A DNA stretch of 39,778 nt from Mesotaenium endlicherianum. Taxonomy: Eukaryota. Under the pieces are notes generated by a model. The model ran no database searches, was not told where the DNA came from, and worked only from the letters and a program-made list of their open reading frames with translations. The DNA lies in assembly GCA_009602735.1 (NCBI GenBank), contig WELA01003469.1, positions 455,599 through 495,376 on the forward strand. The letters run 5' to 3'. Positions 32,801 to 39,778 of the stretch are shown piece by piece (positions within the stretch are counted from its first letter, which is position 1; the number at the start of each line of letters is the position of its first letter). Made by a program: the position numbers and the translations under genes.

Positions 32801-35800
32801 CAGCTGCTCGTCGCGCTCCGCCAGCTGGCAGCGCGCGTCGTCCAGCTGTACCAGGAGCTCCGACTGCTGCGCGCTGTGCGTGCTCGCCAGCACCTCCTTC
32901 TCCGCCACGGCCCCATCCCGCTCCCGCCTGCCGCCCAGATATGCCACCACACACCCCAGACATACCCCCCCGCCCAACCAGCCCAGCCCAGCAGACACCC
33001 CGGTGCCCAGTAGGCGCGCACGCATCAGCCAGCCCGTTCATCGCAGCAAGCTACACGCCAGCTTGCACGAGCAGAGATGGACGCCGCAGCAGCCAGCATG
33101 GACGAGCGAGCCTGCAAGGGGCAGGTCTCTTGGCCATCCGCCAAGGGGGCCTCCCGCCTTTCAGCTGGCCAAGGCACTTGGCGTCTGGCACATAGTAGCA
33201 CGAGGACGACGGCGCAACCCCGAGCGGCAGGGGCCTCTTGTGGTACAGGGAGTCTGAGGGTGAGCAGGTGAGAGGAGGTCGGTGATTGATGGGCGGCAGA
33301 AGCCGCAGGCTGCCCTGACTTGAGGGGCGCGTCCGATCAAGCTCTTGTCACTCATTGCATCATCAGACACACACACACACACACATGCGTATGCACTGCA
33401 CATGTATGCACACACGTAAGCACAGGCAGAACGCCTGCTGTTGTTCCTCTGCCCCTGCTTAGAGAGGGAAAGAGAGAGGGAGAGAGGAAGAGAAGGAGAG
33501 CGAGAGGGCCGGAGGGAGGGAGGGGGGGGGGGNNNNNNNGGGGGAGAAGGCTCACGTGAGGGCGGCAACCTCGTTGCTCTTCTCGCGCAGCTGCCCCTCC
33601 TTCTGCCACACCTGTGACGCCCATGAAGCAGCCCCCACCATGGGGAGTTAGGCAGCCACCCACGGAGGAGGGCAGAGCCGAGAGAGGGACGGGAGGAAAG
33701 AAGATAAGTTCCTCCAATTGGTCAATATCCATGTGCCTTGTCTTGGACCCGCTGCTCTCTTCCCCCTGCCTGTGCATGTGCCTCTCTACGCCTGCGCCTG
33801 AGCCTGACCCTGAGCCCAAAAGATTGCCTACTCTTCCTTGCATCAGCCAAGCAGTGGTGCGGGTGGCAGGAGCAGAAGAAGAAGGACGAATAGCAGCCCG
33901 GCCGCCAAGAGAGGTCGCAACAGCTGGGGACTGTTTGGTTTGCCGTCCTTCCGGCTTGGTTGGCTTTTTCTGGCGAGATAAGCTTTGCTGGGGAGGAGGC
34001 AGGGGCTGAGAGGCTGGGGAAGGTGGAGATGGGAAGGCCGCACGGCTGGACCGATTTGTTAGCTGGCTGGCTGACTAACTGACCGACTGACCGACTGACC
34101 GCCTGACAGAGTGACTGATAAGAGTGACTGCGTGCCCGAGCGACTAAGCGGCTGACTGGCTGGCAGACCGACCGGCTGACTGAAGAAGCGTGTGCCCCTC
34201 TGCCCCTCCACATCCCCCGCGCGCAAGAGAGGCACAGCATGCATGCACGTGCTCTTGGGTGTGGGCGAGCTTTGGGGGGGGGTGGGGGGCAAAAGGTGGG
34301 GTGGGGATGTTGGCGGCATTTGCCNTGACAGGCGCTCAGCGGTCCCGAGCAAGCCACCACCAAAGCTCACTGGGGCCTCAACCGGGGGCAGCTGTCAGCC
34401 TACACTCACTGGCACTGGCGCTCGCATGCCACACGCGCTGCTGCTGATCTTACTCTTCCTCTCTCCCTCTCTCTGCCTCTACTCATGCGCCTGCCACAAC
34501 TGCTGCTGCAGCTGCTGCTTTGCAGGGTGAGAGCATTCACACATGTAAAGTGATGTACTCATACGCACAAGTGCGGAAATGCGTGTGTGTGTGCGCATGT
34601 ATGCGTCTGCATGAGTGCATGCAGGCCTGCATGTGTGCCTGTGTGCGTGTGTGTGCTTGCTTGAGTGCATGCATGCCTGCATGTGAGTATTTGTGTTTGC
34701 GTGCATGCATGCAAATGTGAGGGTTGAGTGCGTGTCGTGTACAATCGTAAGCACGGAGGAGGGTGGGGGGTGGGGAGTGGGGGGGGACCTGCTCTTTAAT
34801 CTCCATCTCATGGGCGGCCAGCCTCTGCTCCAGCGCCGCCACCTGTCGCTGTAGCGCGGCCGCCACCTCCTGCCCCTCCCGCGCCTTGTCCCTCCAATCC
34901 TGCACCTCCACCTGTCCCCCCCTCCACAGGCAACCCCAGCCCAGCCAAGCACATGCCATCAGCACCTAGCCCCAGCAGCCGCGCATTCGCCGCCAAGTGT
35001 GCTCACACACACGAAGACGACCCCCTGCCTACTACCCCACGTCCGACTTTCAGCAAAAGATGAACTCAGACTCTTGTACGGCCATATCTTCAGGCCCTGG
35101 TGCTGCTCCTCTGCTGTGGCACTGCCCAAGAGAAAGAGTGGAGAGAGAGAGAGAGAGGGGCAGAGGAGCCACGAACTTGGACACAACCAACGCCCCCCTC
35201 AAGAGCCAAATTGCAACGTGACCCTCAACCTCCTCCCGCACAGCATCCGATGCACCGCTCTCCTCCCTACCTCGGTCGCAGGGCACGGCGTATGCCCTGT
35301 TACTCCTTTGCACACTTACCCCAGAGTGTGCATGTGTGTGTGTGTGTGTGTGTGTGCTTGTGTATGTGTGATAGAGAGGGAGAGAGGAGGGAAGGGAGAA
35401 GAAGGGGCGAGCAGTGCAAGCCAGGCAGGCAGGCGGAAGTGTCCACCTGAAGAGCGGCGGTGCCCGACACAAAGTCCTCGCGCTCGGCGTCCATCTGCGC
35501 CTGCATGAGAGAGATCTCCGCGCGAGCAATGAGCAGCCCCCGGGCCGCCACCTCGCGCCGGGCGGCGCCCTCGCGCTGGCGGGCGGCGTCCGCAGCGATC
35601 CGCTCCAGGTCTTCCGCGCTCCTCTCGTGGAGCTCCGCCAGCAAGTCACCCTCGTGCCCGGCTGGCCGGTCCTCGCCAGGTGTCAACTCCTCCTGGCCCG
35701 AGAGCACCTCCTCGACCCCAGACTGGCCGAGCTCCCTCCCCGCCGCCGCAGCCTGCTGCTGCTGTTGCTGCTGCTGCTGGTCCTCTCCCAGGTTGTGTCG

Positions 35801-37095
35801 CTGCTGCTGGTGCTGTTGCCTGCTCATGGGCGACGGCTGCTCCTGGGGGTGCCCCGGGTGCATACCATCTGGCGGAGGGTGGGGAACGTACGGGCCCTGC
35901 AAATGGGCACGCAGACAAAGACATCTTCCGATGTGAAGCATCAGATTCCGATCCAGCGGCTCGGATGCACTGTGCCAAGGCAGGCACTCATTTAGCTTGC
36001 CAGCTCCCAGCTGCTCCCCCTCCCCCCCCCCTAATGACTCCCCCCTGCCACAATCCAGTACAAATATTACTTATGAGGGGTTTATGATGCCAGGTTTATA
36101 GCGAGCTATGAAAGAATCGCCAGCTGCCTGCGAGAGAGATGAGCACCCAGCCATCCAGCCACCAGGAGGCACGGGACAGGGAAACAAGTGGCGCAGCAGC
36201 AGCGTGTGCGTCACTCCCCTACCCTCTCCTTGGTCAGGCCCGCTCCTGACCAAGGCCCCACCCACCCACTAGGTGAGCCGCGTTGCCTTCCTGCTGCAGG
36301 CACTGCATGTGCGTGCAAGGGCAAGCAGGCTGCGCCGTGGTAGATGAGAGGACACGTGTCCTGGACCAGCCACCCAGGAGCGCACAGGCGCCGGCGGTGC
36401 AAAGAGGCAGGGGAGGCGCTAACCCAGCTTACCTTCTGTATGGCAGACGCATCCTCCTGCTCCACGGTGCCGCCCAGGGCATCCAGAGAGCTGGCCTGGG
36501 ACGAGAACGCGCCCGCGCTCTCGCCAGCTGGGGCGTCTTGAGCATCAGAGTCGCTGGAGCCGGCACTGGCGTTGCTGGCACCACCGCCAGCGGCAGCCGC
36601 AGCAGCTGGAGCAAATGAGCGAGCGTTCCGCCTCTTGGGAGGTCCCGCCCCCCCAGGGCCAGGCTGCTGAGAACGGGGGCGCCCTATTGGGGCTCTGCCC
36701 TGCTGCGCCTGATACTGCCCCTGGCCCTGCCCCTGCCCCTGCCCCAAACCCTGCCCTTGACTATAGTGGGGCTCGTGCTGCTGCTGCAGCTTATGCTGGG
36801 GGTTTAGATGCCCTGCCTGCTGAAACCCTTGATGTGGGTGGTGCTGCTGCAAGTGGTGATGCTGATGCTGATGCTGTTGGACATGCCCATTTGAACCACC
36901 ATACATGGGCACATGGGACATCACATGCTGAGTAGGCCCACCCATATAGCCCTGGTGCCCCCCTCCTCTCCCAGACTGATCAAAAGAGCGGCCTGGATGA
37001 CCATGGGTCTCTGGACCCTCATTGACAGCCCTCCATTTCTCTTTCCGCCTGCCATTGGCTGGAATGGACGAGCCTCCGGTAACTGGAAGCTCCAT
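26888..37095 (-). CDS. Gln-rich coiled-coil protein with a conserved C-terminal domain, At3g03560-like plant family; ~11 exons (37095-36433, 35896-35447, 34911-34789, 33611-33556, 32927-32783, 32251-32060, 31551-31045, 30373-~30110, 29156-28329, 27956-27858, 27469-26888)
   Basis: Spliced reading: ARAEISLMQAQM..., VWQKEGQLREKSNEVAALT|RERDG, LQAELRERGEQYNRL, LAESERYH..IQQLQ, DERALLTCFVRIIP..MHISST|VMSRLGKLLTPRLWADY..HGSLHRFIAAHPE|IFVLVDNDYVYLREGA. This recalls the land-plant motif DERSLLACIVRTIP...ISSTLPNRLGKML.PLHWHDY...HPELF.IEGDYI.LREGA. Canonical splice sites with consistent phases. Confidence 0.8.
28430..29115 (-). repeat. Coding (CAG)n poly-glutamine tracts (also at ~31050-31420, ~35750 and ~36780-36880)
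   Basis: Many (CTG)n runs on the + strand inside predicted exons. Confidence 0.9.
30800..30865. repeat. Intronic (GACT)n microsatellite; a degenerate copy lies at ~34060-34182
   Basis: gactgactgactgactgactgaccgactgacgg is directly visible. Confidence 0.85.
31894..32019. other. Assembly gap (126 N) in a purine-rich intron; smaller gaps at 33533-33539 and 34325
   Basis: Runs of N flanked by G-rich low-complexity sequence. Confidence 0.99.
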
Positions 37096-38726
37096 GCTAA
37101 TGTCTGTGGGGTAAAACGTCGCCACCTTATGTAAACAACGCGTCTTCAAGGTGCTCAGTAGAAGTCCTCTGGCTAAAATCTCATTTCCAAAGCAGAAGAC
37201 AATCCAGTGACCAAAACGCAGCTTCGTACCTCAGTTAAACGACTATTGGGAACGAAAAGCGCGTCCCAACTGCACATCGATCCTTCCCCTAAAAAAATCG
37301 AGTTACAACCGAACAATGCGCATGTACCTTGAGCCAATCTTCGCCGACAGATGTAAGATACGCTCCAAACACCAATGACTACTGACTTCCGGCAGACATG
37401 CATTCAAGCATATCTCAGCTGGTCCTTCACAACTTCCATAAGAACATGCCAATGCTGCAATACTCTTGCTCGAGGAACTGCAGCTGCATCCAATGTGAGC
37501 ATCCGATGTGAGTCGATGATGTCAAATCGTCGGGGCTGATTAATGTCGAGCAATTTGATGTCCTTCGACAAGATGGATGATGATGCACAATGATGCATGT
37601 GTTCGAGGACTCGGACCAACTCGGACGCACTCGGACGTCAGTGTACCGTTTCGTGGTCGTCCAATGAGGCTTACACTGTCGAAAACTTTCTCGTTTTTCT
37701 GACGGTTGTTTCATACAAGAATATATAAAAAGTCGTAAGGAACTCCCGACCACCTCCAACAGAAAGTTCCCGTTACGCGATGTTGTGCGGCACAACGTCG
37801 TGCCAGCCTCACAGCCGTCGGACCTGGTCGGACCGAATGCGCGCACGTTCTTAAAACGCATTGACCGATGGTGCACGCGAGAGACTCCATTAACAGGAAG
37901 CCCCATGAAGCCCTTATGCTCCTAATTCTTAGCCTGCCTCCCCATGTCTCCCTGCCTCACGGGCTACAGCAACTCACGGGGATAGCAGCCTACCCCCAGC
38001 TAAAACAGCCTTAGTGAACGTCAACGCTCATGCCACCTGACTTCAGCACTAAGAGGTAAAGAGAAGCGTCATGTGAGGCCATTTATCATGGTGCTTTTGA
38101 GAGAGTCGTTTACCGAGACATATTAGCACTATTTATTCAGTTCTTTCCCTTCAAAAGTTAATCAGCTCTTGACACTTTACTAACAAGTTTGCCAGCACGT
38201 CATTTAATGATATAGGTCAAAAATATTGTCCTGCTTGTAAGGAGCAGTAGAGTGCACCATTACCTGCCGTTGGCTTGTTCTATTAAAGATAAGTTAAAAG
38301 CATTGGCTTGCACATCACTGGCACAATCAGATGTACCAATCTTCACGAGTAGTTGAAGGAAACTCAATCAAGCTCACCAATAAATACACGTCAAAAAAAG
38401 TACCACGCCATAAAGTAGGTCAGGCGTTGCCTAAGCATAAGCGCAATTTGAATGTAACCACATACAAACATATATCGAGTTATCTGATCACTCTTCTATA
38501 TAAGTCGCGTTAAATCGCAAAGAGCAAAATTTTTGGAGTGACCAAGCCCGACGAAAAAAGTCAGAAATAAAGAGTAAACGTAAGCATTTGCTAACATGCT
38601 CATAGGCACCCATTCATGCTAAAGTAACACCACAAGGTGAAAAAACTTACCATACGTACTACTATCATAATCTACATCTTTGTAAGGCCTGCTTATGCCT
38701 GGCAAGAAGTTAGGACAAGCTTTTAT

Positions 38727-39010
38727 CTACAACGGGCTTGAACTCCTCTTGAAGAGGTAAAGAACATCCCCCTTGCCCCGGTTGATCCTAATGTCGTCAT
38801 CCAGGTATAGCGTATCCCACTCTGCAGTCTGCTGCAATGCCTTGGGCACCGGGATACTCAGAGCGGGTAGGTCTTGGCTTACAGGCGTGCCAAAGACGAC
38901 AAGCGGGCGCGCAATAACGGTATCAAACACTACTTCAGCAGAAGACGTTTGCAGACGATTCCTCCACGATCCCTGAATCCCGACCTCAATCGTTCCCAAC
39001 GGCCCTAAGC
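38727..39010 (-). CDS. Last exon of a PAP/fibrillin-domain (plastid lipid-associated) protein; upstream exons unresolved
   Basis: AEVVFD...EWDTLYLDDDIRINRGKGDVLYLFKR is the typical fibrillin C-terminus. It is preceded by a polypyrimidine tract and a TGCAG acceptor on the minus strand. Confidence 0.78.
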
Positions 39011-39525
39011 TGCAACCGGCAAACACGATGGAGGAAGACAAAGAGGTAAGAGGTGAGTTTCAGGCACATCACCCCGTTGTCACAACAACAGCCACTAACA
39101 ATGCACCAGCAGATACACGCATGCACATGACTGGCTTACAACGAGGCAATACCTTTGCTGTCACGCTACCACAGCCCTTCCTGCGTAGGGCCTACGCATC
39201 CCTCTCTCTCTCTCTCTCTCCCCCCCCAGCTCTACTTCAGCTGCTCTTGTGTGCGTGTGTGCGTGCGTTTTTCTCTCTGTGTGTGTGTGGGTGTGTGCGT
39301 GTGTGTGTGTGTATGTGTGTCAGGTAGTGGGTACCGCTAAAAGTTCAACAAGTGCAGACCTTGTCAAGTGATGCATGTGCTTAGTACCAGACTAAGCTTG
39401 TGACGACATCATCTTTACTGCCACCACCCGGCTCATGCAGAGGGCATGAACGCAGACGCACTGACAAGGGGCATGATTGCCGGCTGGTGGCGGGCTGCGC
39501 GGGTGGCTGCATGGGGGGACGCCAG

Positions 39526-39618
39526 CTGGAGGAGATGCTGAGCAGCGGCGATGCGGCACAAGCACATCTGGTGCAGGGCTACCTCCTCAAACGGGAAGCC
39601 GACGCCCAGCAGTTCGAA
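39526..39618 (+). CDS. Possible internal exon of an unidentified plus-strand gene (LEEMLSSGDAAQAHLVQGYLLKREADAQQFE)
   Basis: CAG acceptor, 31 codons with high GC3 and a perfect GTGAGT donor. A possible first exon is ATG GAG GAA GAC AAA GAG|GTAAG at 39028-39045. Confidence 0.35.
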
Positions 39619-39778
39619 GTGAGTGCCACGTGCTCCCTCCACGGACTGCCACGTGTCCCTTTGCCGGCCAGCTTTCCCTGCTGTGCATGTGCACGCACGC
39701 ATGCGTGCACGCCGTTGTGTTAGCACACCCCCGTTGAACATACGGATACCGAAGTCTCCCCCCCACCCGCCCCCGCCC

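Noticed and set aside
31045..35896. FIP37/WTAP or myosin-like identity for the coiled-coil exons
   Set aside because: The spliced C-terminal domain and coiled-coil motifs fit the At3g03560-like family better, and no WTAP or motor motifs were seen.
26797..36935. Many plus-strand poly-Leu/Ala/Cys ORFs
   Set aside because: They are antisense shadows of GC-rich CAG-repeat exons and intronic microsatellites.

Overview
This is eukaryotic nuclear DNA with GT-AG spliceosomal introns and plant-type genes, most consistent with a streptophyte green alga (inferred, not proven). About 1-15 kb is a nest of minus-strand Ty3/Gypsy LTR retrotransposons. The main element (~4161-14973) reads gag, aspartic protease, a complete C5-cytosine DNA methyltransferase (DNMT) domain, a long low-complexity linker, RT, RNase H and integrase. 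It is decayed by stops and frameshifts, is interrupted by a 719-bp solo LTR, and its integrase tail is cut by a second, related Gypsy element (5' LTR ~3314-4160). That second element carries a two-knuckle gag followed by a ~180-bp tandem-repeat open frame that runs off the window. About 15.8-39.8 kb is host gene space: a PYRP2-like HAD phosphatase (+), a DUF2358 protein (-), an F-box/LRR protein (+), a long Gln-rich coiled-coil gene of the At3g03560-like family (-), and the last exon of a PAP/fibrillin gene (-). The highlight is the DNMT-carrying retrotransposon. The general phenomenon has been reported in charophytes and dinoflagellates, but this family, its cargo linker and its nested relative deserve characterisation. 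All family assignments come from motif recognition, with no database search.
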